Origin: Macrostomum lignano
Taxonomy: Eukaryota
DNA length: 64,000 nucleotides
Direction of reading: 5' to 3'
NCBI GenBank assembly: GCA_002269645.1
Contig: NIVC01001961.1
Location: 9,641-73,640, forward strand
Positions 1 to 22,266 of the stretch are shown piece after piece. Both the position numbers and the translations under genes were made by a program. Position 1 is the stretch's first letter; each line of letters starts with the position of its first letter. The notes beneath the pieces are model-generated. The model was given only the letters and a program-made list of their open reading frames with translations, was not told the DNA's origin and made no database searches.

Positions 1-295
1 ATCAAGGTCAGACTCCAGGCCCACCTAAGTGACATTAGGCTCGCTAAGGACACCCCTGTTAGCAGACATTTTTGCTCTCCGAATCACTGCCTCGACGATC
101 TTCGCTTCATGGGGCTCTGGTATCTCAGCACCGAGAGCGAGACCAGCAAAGAAGGAGCGCTACGCAGACGCAGGGTCATGGAACAGAAACTCATCTCCCT
201 GCTGAGCACGCAGTCACCTGCAGGCCTCAATACAATTAACAGCAACACAAGCGCTTGTATCCCAATAGTTATTCCTTTTACGGATAGATCGACTA
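1..295 (+). mobile_element. Penelope-like retroelement fragment, C-terminal half of GIY-YIG endonuclease (continues off the left edge)
   Basis: Frame 1 from base 1 reads IKVRLQAHLSDIRLAKDTPVSRHFCSPNHCLDDLRFMGL...RRRVMEQKLISLLSTQSPAGLN. This fits the PLE endonuclease pattern R..H...IR.....V..HF....H....L...R...E...I..L.T..P.GLN, recognised by eye. Confidence 0.75.
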
Positions 296-397
296 ATATT
301 GATATATTGATATATTGATATTTGATATTGATGATGATATTGATATATTGATGATATTATTGATATATTGATACTTATATTGATACGGATAGATCGA

Positions 398-1446
<1,049 letters not shown>

Positions 1447-2055
1447 ATGTAGCCCGGCTGCAGCAAGGCCTTTGTGAGCAGAGTCAGTAAATCACGGGAA
1501 AAAGAGCCGCGAGCTCCCAGATATCCAGAGCCGCGGAGCCGCAGAGATAAGACACAGTCGGGCAAACACAAATAAATATCAGGTTGGGAAGAGGCTACTC
1601 CGCAGTTTGGGATTAATAAATTCCTAGCTCCGCCTCTGGAGGATTTTCTCTCTACAATGAATCGGGGAATTTTTTATTGGCAGCCAGCCTGATCCCGAGC
1701 GGGTGGCGGCCGCATCAGCGCTGATAATTGAATGAAAACCTTCCCAAAAAATCCTTCAGTTAGAAGCCAGCAAAAGTCCTGTACAGTTTATTGAGGAGCT
1801 GTGCCAGCGAATGCTAGACGAAGGAGTTCTTATGAGCTGTCTGTGCTCAGTGGGGAATTTATTCAGCTTTCAAACTAAATCGACAGGGACCCGCAGTCAG
1901 CCAGGAGGCAAGCAGCAGTCTGGCTTGATCCCTGAGCACCCAATTGTACACGCTCGCACAGAGTGTACAGCGTCCCTGGCTCTCTTGTCCTCAGGCAGTG
2001 CGTACATTTGTGCCTGGGTTTGGGCCCTTAGGGGTGTGAATCACAAACTCGATAT

Positions 2056-2548
2056 TCCCACCTGTGCTCACCCACCTGTGCTCACCCACCTGTGCTCACC
2101 CACCTGTGCTCACCCACCTGTGCTCACCCACCCACCTGTTCTCACCCACCCACCCACCTGTGCTCACCCACCCACCTGTTCTCACCCACCCACCCACCTG
2201 TGCTCACCCACCTACCCACCTGTGCTCACCCACCCACCTGTTCTCACCCACCCACCCACCTGTGCTCACCCACCTGTGCTCACCCACCCACCTGTGCTCA
2301 CCCACCCACCTGTGCTCACCCACCCACCTGTGCTCACTTTCCCACCTGTGCTCACCCACATGTGCTCACTTACCCACCCACCTGTGCTCACCCACCCACC
2401 TGTGCTCACCCACCCACCTGTGCTCACTTTCCCACCTGTGCTCACCCACCTGTGCTCACTTACCCACCCACCTGTGCTCACCTACCCACCCACCTGTTCT
2501 CACCCACCCACCCACCTGTGCTCACCCACCTACCCACCTGTGCTCACC
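2056..2548. repeat. Minisatellite, variable ~14-22 bp unit cacctgtgctcaccc(accc)
   Basis: Visible tandem units, ending ~20 nt before the acceptor at 2571. Confidence 0.95.
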
Positions 2549-2571
2549 CGCCGCCGCCTCCGCGCCCTCAG

Positions 2572-10950
<8,379 letters not shown>

Positions 10951-11044
10951 TGAGCGGCTGGTGCGCTTTTCTACCAATGAATGTACTTTCTAGCCAGCAT
11001 CGACGCTGAAGTTTATCATTGTCGATAGAGTGATAAATCCAGTC

Positions 11045-11760
11045 TCTAGATGAGTGACTTGTGCGGTCGCTAGAGTGACTCTTGCGGTCGCTAGAGTGAC
11101 TCGTGCGGTCGCTAGAGTCCTTACCCAATCTGTAACAGTGCTGTTTTCGTTTATATAAACGTACTTTTACAAGAATCCTGTCTATAGAATGACATGCGTA
11201 TACTATGTACATGCACTCCCCGCTACCCCCCCCCCCCAATACGAGCGTCTCTAGAGTGACTCATCCGGTCTCTGAGGGACGCATGTCTCTAGAGTGACTC
11301 ATCCGGTCTCTGAGTGACACACATGGTCTCTAGAGTGACATGTCTCTAGAGTGACACGTCTCTAGAGTGACTCATCCGGTCTCTGAGTGACACACATGGT
11401 CTCTAGAGTGACACATGTCTCTAGAGTGACACATGTGTTTAGAGTGACTCATCCGGTCTCTGAGGGACGCATGTCTCTAGAGTGACTCATCCGGTCTCTG
11501 AGTGACACACATGGTCTCTAGAGTAATTCATCCGGTCTCTGAGTGACACACATGGTCTCTAGAGTAATTCATCCGGTCTCTGAGTGACACACATGGTCTC
11601 TAGATTGACATATCTCTAGAGTGATACATGTCTCTAGAGTGACACATTTGGTGTTTAGAGTGACTCATCCGGTCTCTGAGTGACAATCTGGTCTCTAGAG
11701 TGACGCATTATTGTCTCAAAAGTTCAGCATCCCGCCTTTAGAGTGACGCATCCTAGCTGT
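11045..11760. repeat. Composite minisatellite built on ctctagagtgac
   Basis: Blocks at ~11045-11125 and ~11245-11760. Confidence 0.88.
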
Positions 11761-12403
11761 CTTATGAGTGACGCATCCTGTCTACAGACAGAGTGAGGTC
11801 CCATACACATGTCAAGTGCATAAGTTACAGTATGTGTACGTAGTTCCTCTTCATGTACTGCACATTAATTTTTAACTGTCCGGAGCACATATCCCGTATC
11901 ATAGGCGGCTGTGCATGTCGCATTCGTACTGGCATGTTCTCTATAATTGTACATGCAGACAATTAGACGAGTAATTAGCATATGTACACATTTTTAACTG
12001 ACATCAACTCCATAGACTCGTATATGCACTTCTTCTATGGTTTAACCATGTGAACTTTGCAAAGCACCTGACCTGAGATTGGCAGTTTTCAGGGAACCAG
12101 GCAATGACACAAATTATATGCTGTTACGTAACCATACTACACTGCCGTGAACTTGCACATTTTTTGTCTTTAATTCTCTCTTACCTCGCAAATTGCTTTG
12201 CATTGCTTATAGACAAATCTAGACTTGTATGCAAATATATATTACACCTGGAAACAGTTAATTAAGCCCTTACTATGATTGTGAAAATAGCGTGGATCGT
12301 CTTTACCTTGAAAAGCAAATTTTTATAAGACCCAGAAGTCTGGAAAACCACTGAGCGTTTCTTCGAGAAATTTGCTGGCCTTCCCAAAAAGGGGCTCTAC
12401 ACT

Positions 12404-13000
12404 CTAAACTCTCTAATCTCTAAACTCTCTAATCTCTGAACTCTCCGATCCCTAAACTCCCCAATTCCTAAACTCCCCAATCCCTAAACTCCCCAATCCC
12501 TAAACTCCCCGATTCCTAAACTCCCCAATTCCTAAACTCCCCAATTCCTAAACTCCCCGATCCCTAAACTCCCAAATCCCTAAACTCCCCAATCCCTAAA
12601 CTCCCCAATCCCTAAACTCCCAAATCCCTAAACTCCCCAATTCCTAAACTCCCCAATTCCTAAACTCCCCAATCCCTTAACTCCCCAATTCCCAAACTCC
12701 CAAATCCCTAAACTCCCCAATTCCTAAACTCCCCAATTCCTAAACTCCCCAATCCCTAAACTCCCAAATCCCTAAACTCCCCAATTCCCAAACTCCCCAA
12801 TCCCTAAACTCCCAAATCCCTAAACTCCCCAATTCCTAAACTCCCCAATTCCTAAACTCCCCAATCCCTAAACTCCCCGATCCCTAAACTCCCAAATCCC
12901 TAAACTCCCCAATTCCCAAACTCCCCAATCCCTAAACTCCCAAATCCCTAAACTCCCCAATTCCTAAACTCCCCAATCCCTAAACTCCCCGATCCCTAAA
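12404..13000. repeat. Minisatellite, 16 bp unit ccctaaactccccaat
   Basis: Visible tandem units. Confidence 0.96.
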
Positions 13001-14253
13001 ACCCACTAAGCATTAGCACTATATACATGCAGAAAAATAAGAGAGACAAGCAAAATCCAAAAGCTTAAATGGCATTTTATCCAGACCATTAGAAAACAGA
13101 ACTAAGCTTTGCAGATGATAATAATAACAATAATAATTGATAAATTGAGTAATTTTTATCTTAGCCGCATAGTCAAAGGCATTGAGACAGATTTGAATAG
13201 CAGACAACAGGCGGGCTAAATATAATTTAGGGTTAAGCGGGACAGACAGGACACACGAACAGCCGCAGAGAGAAGGAAAAACGGGCAGACAGCGGTGTGC
13301 TGCCCAGGCCTGACCACACTGCTCTAGAAGGACACCCAAGGATAATAATGAGCAGATGCTAGCAAAATGACGGACCTTCAGGAGCAGCATGGCATCAGTA
13401 CTACTAGTTAGTAGTAGGCTAGTCAGTAAAGGGTCCATCGAGATGAACTGGGCAGAACTGAGCTGGGACAAACTTACACAGTAGTAAAATAATAAGACTT
13501 GAATTAGACAATATGATGCAGCATTAGCAGGTTGGCACTCAGAGACAAATCCATATACTAAAATCTAAACTAAACACGGGGCCTAATTAATTTACAGTAG
13601 AATATTTGTTTAAATAAATGTAGGCGAATGAAAATTCCGGAATTGTTTTTTTTGTTCAAATTCAGTACTTGGAACACAAAAATGGATACCGGGCCTTTTA
13701 AACAAGTCTCCTAATTCTTATGCCTCAGTTAGGATTGTTAAAATTGAAAAAAGTTACTATTGATACTACAAGTAGTTAACACGATAACTAATGACAATTA
13801 TTATTAATTAAAAACAGGACCAACCACCTTCAGTTTCGGATGGGCATTGAGTGCATTGGTTACTACAGAAAACACAAGGAACTCAGAAACACGAGGAAGT
13901 GTAGAAAAAAAACGCAGTTTATTGATACTACTAACTAACCAGAGTTGGTCAGTAGAGCAGACGAGAATTGTAACTATTTTATATTATATGATTTTTATTG
14001 CCCATTTAAGATGCATGACAAACGAGAGGAGCACATTAAACAGGACAGACTATAATGAAAGCAGAGACGCACAGAGGAAAATGAAAAGAGGAACAAAGAC
14101 GATTAACATCGGGGTTTTGAAGCCAGAAACAATGTAAAAGAAAAAAGAAACAGACTGCTTCGGGCCGCATCAACAAAAACAATTCTAAGAGTTGGTGACT
14201 CGATATTAATTATTCGAATTTCGCATTCATAAGCCTCGAGTTTTGCACGTTTA

Positions 14254-17200
14254 TCAACGATTCCTGGCCGGGCGCTTGCCGCGCACCACTGACGGCTTCT
14301 GGCGCAGGGTGCCCACCTTGTTGCTAAGGGTCTTCCTAGTATTGAAGACTCGAACCCGGGACTTTGGCTGCTCGATCTTATTGCGATTTGGCGGCTGCTT
14401 CACCTTGTAGATCCGGACCATCCAGTGCTCGGAGGTGAACGCCTCCTCCAGGTGCTTCAATGTGAAGTGCTTGCGGCCGATCTCCGCATTCCGAGTTCGA
14501 TCGAATCCTGGCGGAGTTCGAAAATCCGTCTGCATCTCGCCGAACCGATAATAGCTCATCTTGTACATCAGCGAGTTTAGCATGGTCTGCGAGGCCGAGC
14601 CGTCAATCTTGTACTCGCCCTGCGGAGTGAAATAGTCGCTCTCTTTGATGTCGCGCGGGTGCTCGCCCTCGGCGATGCGGACCATCCACAGGAACTTGTT
14701 GATGTCGTCGCCGGAGTAGCCGATGACGCCGCCGAATATGATGAGCACGTAGTCAACGTCCAGCATGCGCATGATCTTGTAGGCCTCCGTCTCGTTGCTG
14801 GCCATGGCCTTGCCGACCAGAGCGATGTGGCTGTTGTTCCACGTGTTGTTGTCAACCAGGGTGGTGCGGTTGGCCATGCCGGCGATCTGGTAGCCGTAGT
14901 CCCACCTGGGCGGTTGGGGGGGGGGCTTTTACATGGGGAATCAGTGGGGATGGGAGGGCGGCTCTTTTACATGGGGAATCAGTGGGGCTGGGAGGGCGGC
15001 TCTTTTACATGGGGAATCAGTGGGGCTGGGAGGGCGGCGCTTTTACATGGGGAATCAGTGGGGCTGGGAGGGCGGCTCTTTTATATGGGGAATCAGTGGG
15101 GCTGGGAGGGCGGCTCTTTCATGGGAAATGCTTGGTCCAAGACAGGTAATTGTCAAACGCCTCACCAGCTCATAACCCGGGCCCTGTCGTGCGTGTTCCT
15201 CCGCAGCCAATAATAAGCTTCCCTGAAGTCGTCAAGAATCACCCGCGATCCGTCCTGATTGTAGCTGGCCAGCACAATGCTCGGGGACGAATAGGCATTG
15301 GAGGTGACCCAGGTGCAGTGCATGCAGAACAGCAGAATCACTATGACAAACACCAGCAGCACCACAGACTTCACGTTCAAGCCGAGCACTTCGTCGTCGC
15401 GTCGATCGCCCTAAAATAGTTTAGCGACACGAGCCACTGCATCAATAAGGCGGGCTGGGGTAGGCAGCCTACAGTACTGGTACTGGCTTTGGCCAAAGTC
15501 TTGTATACTTAATCTCAGTCTCTCAGCCTTAAAATTTAAGCAGAGTTGGGCACGGCTAGTACGCCGCTCTGAGATATCACCCTCACAGCCACCCACACCT
15601 GGCGTATTTCTATTAGGCAGGGTAATCATCGGGGCGTTTAAAGTGAGAAAATAGTGTGTTTATAAAGTGACTATCAGGGTATTTAGGAAACGTTTATCGG
15701 GGTGTTTAGGGACGCGGCTATCGGAGTGTTTAAAGAAGCGTTAATCATGATGCTTACTGCTTAGGGAGCGGTTATCGAGTGTTTAGGAAGCGCTTATCGG
15801 GGTGGATAACAAAGCCGTTTTACGGGGTGTTTAACGAGCGATCCTCGAGAATCGAGCTGTTTCATCTATTCAGAACCTTCCCCAAACCGGAGCTGGTGAG
15901 CATCTCTATACAGACACGGCATGACACGGCTAAATGAACGCACCTGCTGTCCCGTGGCGCTGACAGCCGAGGAGCCGCTGTCTCCCCTCTGCTTAATCTT
16001 GGGCTTGTCGTACAGATTTCGCGGCTCAGACGAAGCCGAACCGGCGCTAGAAGAGGCGCTGGCAGCCTGTTGGCGCCGTTTATTACCAGAGGCGCCAGAG
16101 CCGGCGCCAACAGCCGAAGAAGAATCGCCAGCGGCGCCAGCAGCAGCGCCGGGCTCGACCTCGTCTTTCAAGTAGATGTCAAACAGGCGCGAGAAGGCGA
16201 TAGCGGCCAGCACGCAGACGCAGGGAGTCAGGGTGAGCATCAGGCGGACCATGACGCCGGCGAAGTAGGAGGCGAACACGGCGTACAGGACGATGAAGAC
16301 GCGCTCATCGGTGAGATCCCGGATGCAGAACCAGGCGCCGGCAGGGTAGACGCAGACAAGGATGTGCAAGTCGAAGAAGAAGCTCACCCAGGGAGTTGGC
16401 TGGTGCTCGGAGACGCTGGCGATGATGGGGATGTGGATCTTGGCGTAGCCGGTGTCCCACAGGGAGTAGAACCGGCCGCTCCAGGGCGCCACGTAGCCCA
16501 GGTAGGTGAGGCCCACGACTGAGGCGAACACCAGGCCCGCCGCGGCCACCTGGCGTATGTTTGGGCGTTGGGGCGATTCTTGTAGCTGAGGCTAAGGGGC
16601 GATTCTTGAAGCTGAGGGGCGATTCTTGTAACTGAGGCTAAAGGGCGATTCTTGAAGCTTAGGGGCGATTCTTGAAGCTGAGGCTGAGGGGCGGCTCTTG
16701 TACCTGTGGCTAAGGGTCGATTCTTGTAACCGAGGGCCGAGGCTGAAGGGCGATTCTTGTAACTGTGGCTAAGGGGCGATTCTTGTAACCGAGGCTAAGG
16801 GGCAATTCTTGTAACTGAGGCTGAGGGGCGATTCTTGTAATGAGGCTGAGGGGCGATTCTTGTAACTGAGGCTGAGGGGCGATTCTTGTAGCTGAGGCTG
16901 AGGGGCGACTCTTGTAGCTGAGGCTAAAGGGCGATTCTTGTAACTGAGGCTGAGGGGCGATTCTTGTAATGAGGCTGAGGGGCAATTCTTGTAACTGAGG
17001 CTGAGGGGCGATTCTTGAAGCTGAGGCTGAGGGGCAGTTCTTGTAACCGAGGCTAAGGGGCAATTCTTGTAACTGAGGCTGAGGGGCGATTCTTGTAATG
17101 AGGCTGAGGGGCGATTCTTGTAGCTGAGGCTGAGGGGCGACTCTTGTAGCTGAGGCTAAAGGGCGATTCTTGAAGCTGAGGCTGAGGGGCGGTTCTTGTA

Positions 17201-20200
17201 CCTGTGGCTAAGGGTCGATTCTTGTAACCGAGGCTGAGGGCGATTCTTGTAACTGTGGCTAAGAGGCGATTCTTGTAACTGAGGCTAAGGGGCAATTCTT
17301 GTAACCGAGGCTAAGGGGCAATTCTTGTAATGAGGCTGAGGGGCGATTCTTATAACTGAGGCTAAGGGGCGATTCTTGTAATGAGGCTAAAGATGACGTC
17401 AAACTGAATTAAGCCAAAGATGTGGTTGTCATGGAAGTTTAGGCGAAGCAGCTCACGGCGGACAGAAAGAAGAAATGCCGGAACTGGCTCTTGGTGAGGC
17501 TGTGCTGCAGGTAGCGCAGGGCAGCGTAGGCCTGCAGCAGTACAAACACGCCTGCGCTAGCCATGTGCTCGCTAGTTCTAATCGGCTGAAATCCCACAAA
17601 TGGGATCTGCATGCTGAGCAGCAATCCCAGAATGTAGAATGTAGTGTAGGCAACGTAGATCCTGGCTGAGTAGCGCTGCATGAGCAGCAGAACGAACACG
17701 TGCAGCGGTACGAGATTGATGATGAACACGTAGCCACCCCAGGCTCCGACCATGTAGAAATAGGACACAGCAGCCATGGCCGCCCAGAATATGGTGCCGG
17801 TCTTCACCGCCTTGATCCACAGGTAGTAGGTGAACATCAGGGCGAAGATGGCGATGCCCTCGTTGTCGTAGCTGCCGGCCACGGAGCGGCTGATGTAGCC
17901 GGGGACTGCGGATCGGCGAGGGGGAGGAGAGGGGAGGGCGATGCAACGGTGCAGTACCGGGTTCGACTCTTGTCGTACGGGGTAAGGCAAACTTAATCTC
18001 AGGGGCGGTGAGAGGAGGGAGAGAAGAGGAGGGAGAGAAGAGGAGGGAGAGAAGAGGAGGGAGAAGAGGAGGGAGAGGAGAGGAGGGATAGGAGAGGAGG
18101 GAGAGGAGAGGAGGGAGAGGAGAGGAGGGAGAGGAGAGGAGGGAGAGGAGAGGGGGAGATGAGAGAAGAGGAGATGAGGAGAGCAGAGAAGGAAGAGGAA
18201 AGGAGAGGAGGAGAGGAGAGGAGGAAGAGGAGAGGAGAGGAGGGAGAGGAGAGAGGAGGAGAGGAGAGGAGGAGAGAAGAGGAGAGGAGGAGAGCAGAGA
18301 AGGAAGAGGAAAGGAGAGGAGGAGAGGAGAGGAGAGAGGAGGAGAGGAGAGGAGGAGAGAAGAGGAGGAAGAGGCGTTTGCCAACCCCTGTTTTAATGTT
18401 TGCAGTGTCATTGGGCTAAATATTACTGGCAATGAGCTCATAGTAATATTATGAAATATGATTTCAATAAAATATCACAATCGCTTACCAATCGCAATAA
18501 AGCAGGCTGCAAAAAGTCCAGCGCCTCCATTCCAGAGTTCTTTGGTTAGCAGATAGGTAGCGATGGCAGTCATGCCACTGAAGATTGGCGCCAGAAAGAC
18601 GCACACTTCACGGATGTGCACAGGAATGTTTAGCAGGCTCAGCACATAGTGGATGAAGCCTACAATGTGTTATTGATGGGCTATGTTTTATAAATAAATA
18701 CTTTTATAATAAACTACCATGATAAATTGCCTTTTTTATTTTTATAGCTCAAAACCATATTTAGATTAGTAAGTTTTTAATAAAATAAACAATTAATTCT
18801 AAAGTCAAAACTTTACATTTTCAAATTTAAAATAAAATATGAATTGAAATACTTAGTAATTCAAGTACTTCAAGTAAAAGAAATCTATTCTTTTTAGCTA
18901 TCAACATGCAGCATGCAGAAATATTAATTAGCCTAATTAAAGAATTGGGATTGGTATTTTAAATGCAAAAATTGCTAAAATTCTAAAGTGCTACATTTAC
19001 ACTTAAAATATGTTTTCATTTTAAGGTACATTTTTATAAATATCAAAGGTGTTTTTGCAAATAGCAGTCTTGCCAGAAATGGTTAGTTCCAAGGTGCACT
19101 TAAAGCTCAATTGTTTATAGAAACAAAAAGACTAGCTGTGTTTAATATACTTTAAGCATTTTTCTAATACAATTTGATATTTAGCCACAATATAGGCCCC
19201 TAAGGGCTAACAACCTTAAAGTCCCATAGGAATTAAACATTTGCTTTCTTGACTTGAATGAAAATCTCTCTAAAAGAAACACTTTTGGTTTAGGCTAAAC
19301 TATTTAGTTTTGCAACTCTAAATCTAAAAAGCTTAATACTTTACAGTTACTATAAAACTATTTTGGATCGAGAAATTATCAATATTCTAGAGATAATTGT
19401 ATATATACAAGGATTATGTATCTTGTATATATATACAAGGGGTTATCCCAAAAGTTCCTGGAATTATTTCTCTAGCTCCTTTGTACTTTGACCATTTTTT
19501 GTTCAATGAGTCAAACTAAGGATAATTTTTCAACAAAAGAACTTGTTTTTTGAATTTCTTTTTTATTGAGTTTAGGTTAAGAGTTATACTAGAAAATATG
19601 AAAGAAAGTCAATATTAACATTTCATAACCTCAAATGTCTAGTGTCCTTTTTCTATTATCATTTTTTGCAAATGTTAACTTTGTATGTGTCGGAAAGATA
19701 TGAAAATGTCTATGGATAAAACTAGTATAACTGCACTAGCACAATATCTAGTGCAATTGTATTAGAAAAAATACTAGCATAAGTTTATATGCATACCTGG
19801 CATATGCTTTATGTATTCATATGGAAGAGTTCCTTTGGTTAAGTGAAAAAATATGATGAAGTTTATTTAGCATTAAATTTAGGATTTCTAGTTTTTGTAA
19901 ACTTGTATTAGTGCATTTTAACACATCTTCATGATTTTTTTATTTTTTAGCAAAAGAAATTATAAACCTAAAAATTAGAATTCTTAAACTAGTTTTAATT
20001 TTTTATGCAATTGAATTTACATTGGCTAGTACTTTTATTTTTTTAGTTGGTATACAATCAAAAAAATATGATATACATTGGCATATATTTGTATTTGTTC
20101 AATTTTTGTTCAGCTATACACCTAGCATGATCTAGATTCTAGACTATGGCATAAACCTAATACTTTGGAAGACTCTGTATGTAGCCTAGAAAAAATATTT

Positions 20201-21004
20201 TTTGGTATAGGCATATGCCAATATATATAAAAAATTTATTAGGCCTAAAGATTTTTCATAATTATTTTCTAATTTATCAATTTATATTATCAATTTTAAA
20301 ACTTTTTTTGCTAGACTAAGGATTTTGATATTTCCATAAAAGAATAAAAGCTAAAAACTAAAAAGAATTGTTTAATTTGTATAAAGTTTCGTATATTTAA
20401 AGAAAAAAAGTAAACTTGGTATCTTGGATTCTTGCCAGTTTTTGGCACTTTTAAAATTGAGATTCAATCAATTATCAAGTCAAGATTTAAATTAATTAAA
20501 AATATCAAATTCTAAACATAAGATTATGATCTTATTTGACTTTTAATTTATATATACCTAGATTGTTCAAAATCATAATGCCTACATGGATATTGCCTTA
20601 AAGACAAAATAATAAAGAAGAAAGTCAAAGAGTTTCTAAATATATTTTTTGAGTATTAGTTTCTAATTTGGATGAAAAGATAATATATAATTCAAAATTA
20701 AAATAACAATAGAACACTTACCAGATGTTACCATTAGTCCTGGATATACAGTGCCACCAACAATGCGACCCAATGGATACCAGGCTCGTTCATCAAACCA
20801 GTTAAGGAATTCATAGAATCCATTCTCAACCATATGAGCAGTAGAGCGATAATTGAACCAGGGATCAAACTCATGAATGATGCTTTCATATCTAATCACA
20901 CTAAACAATCTTGAGCTAAAACCAGCAATCCAGGCAAGACCAAGCACAAAAACAGTAATCAAACTGGTCCATCCAGTAGCTCCAATTTGAAGACCTTCAC
21001 CCAT
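14254..21004 (-). CDS. STT3B: Oligosaccharyltransferase catalytic subunit STT3B, ~801 aa
   Basis: Exons (minus) 21004-20722, 18659-18489, 17905-17457, 16549-15944, 15410-15166 and 14905-14254 sum to 2406 nt, in frame. Motifs: [24 protein letters not shown] (split by the last intron), [24 protein letters not shown] (B-type), [13 protein letters not shown]. Confidence 0.96.
14925..15125. repeat. Minisatellite, 38 bp unit, in STT3B intron 5
   Basis: About 5 copies of ggggaatcagtggggctgggagggcggctcttttacat. Confidence 0.93.
15630..15840. repeat. Degenerate ~21 bp tandem repeat in STT3B intron 4
   Basis: Recurrent tatcggggtgtttagg-like units. Confidence 0.6.
16570..17390. repeat. Minisatellite, ~23-27 bp unit ggggcgattcttgtaactgaggct(ga), in STT3B intron 3
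   Basis: Visible tandem units. Confidence 0.96.
18010..18375. repeat. AG-rich low-complexity repeat in STT3B intron 2
   Basis: ggagagaagagga-like units. Confidence 0.95.
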
Positions 21005-22005
21005 TACAAGTTTGTTCAGCTTTACAAATGCCTTCAAATTTATTTAATCTAAAAGTGATTGTAAGGATTCCGTCTAATTTTAAATCACTACTTTAAACGG
21101 TGTCTTCGTATCAACTCTCGGTAAATTAAGTGTTCAACACAAATTCCTCTAACGAGGTTGTTTTAGGATAATTTCAGGTATGACGAAAATGAGTTTATGG
21201 GTGGTTAATCATTCTTTACGAATATTAAATAAACAATTTAAAACTATCTCGTATACTAGAAACTAGAAAGTTAGAGAAACGTCTCGTAAAGCCTAAAGCC
21301 AAAGGTAGTTTAGTCCAGTTCAGAAATTTCAGAAGAAATCTGACTGATTTAAAAGGAAAAAATAAATATTTTAATTTAAATTGCTGCAAAATCGTGGTGT
21401 AGCCCCAGAGAACATTAGTAACAGTATTTTAATTAGAAAGGTTTAAAAAACAAGCTTATATTATTTTATCTTATTAAACTAATAACTTAGTCATTTAATA
21501 CGATAATAATCTTGGCTGTTTGCTTTTACCGTGCGAAAACTTTCAAAACAGGTTTTTGGTGCGTCTTTCTTAGAATGAAGTTGTGTTGTCTCGAAATTCA
21601 ACGACAAAGCTGTTGCGCAATGTTTCTGCTTTACAGTATACAGTGACTGGCCAAATAACAAGTGCCAATGGCAATGATAAATTAAATAGAAGCAAATATT
21701 TTTATTTTACAGTCAGTTATTATTAGATACCGGGCTGAAATACATTTATCATATGAGTCAAAGTGTATTGGCGAGAAATACATTGTGCTTTCCAATTCAT
21801 CCCAGCATTTGGTATTCATGAATAATGTCTGATGATGACAGGCATCAGGTCCAGGCTGAGGCTTTGGATTTGTGTTGAACTAAATGTTGATTCATGGATA
21901 GCACCTTTGGCCTAGTGATGATGCTTTTTATACAAATCAATATTAAAATATTATTATTATTAATATTGATTTATTATTATTAAATCCATACTAAAAAAGA
22001 AAATC

Positions 22006-22266
22006 GGCAATGTCCTAGTTTCCCGCGTTAAATTATTCTTTTGACCTAAAATAAGTGAAACAAACAAACAAAAGCAAGTTTATTCAAGATTTAAAATGAG
22101 TCTTAGGTATTAAAAGGAGTAGTACACGGCGTAGTGTAGTAATGTGTCAGCCAGTACAGAAAGTTGCCAAAGCTCTTTTTGGGTAGGTCCCTAGAGTCAG
22201 CGCCAGAGAAACTTGCTAAGGTGGGAGTCAAAAATTTAATTTAACGCGGGAAAGTAGGACATTGCC
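22006..22266. mobile_element. 261 bp MITE with ~40 bp imperfect TIRs and near-perfect 8 bp TSD (hAT-like)
   Basis: Left end ggcaatgtcctagtttcccgcgttaaatta; reverse complement of right end ggcaatgtcctactttcccgcgttaaatta. Flanks agaaaatc and aaaaaatc match 7/8. Confidence 0.75.

Noticed and set aside
13019-13471. 150 aa ORF, plus similar ORFs at 50022-50483, 53509-53855 and 61407-61810
   Set aside because: No homology recognised, non-ATG starts or no convincing splice context.
21826-21870. C/D-box snoRNA-like ATGATGA...CTGA
   Set aside because: The boxes are only ~17 nt apart and there is no terminal stem.
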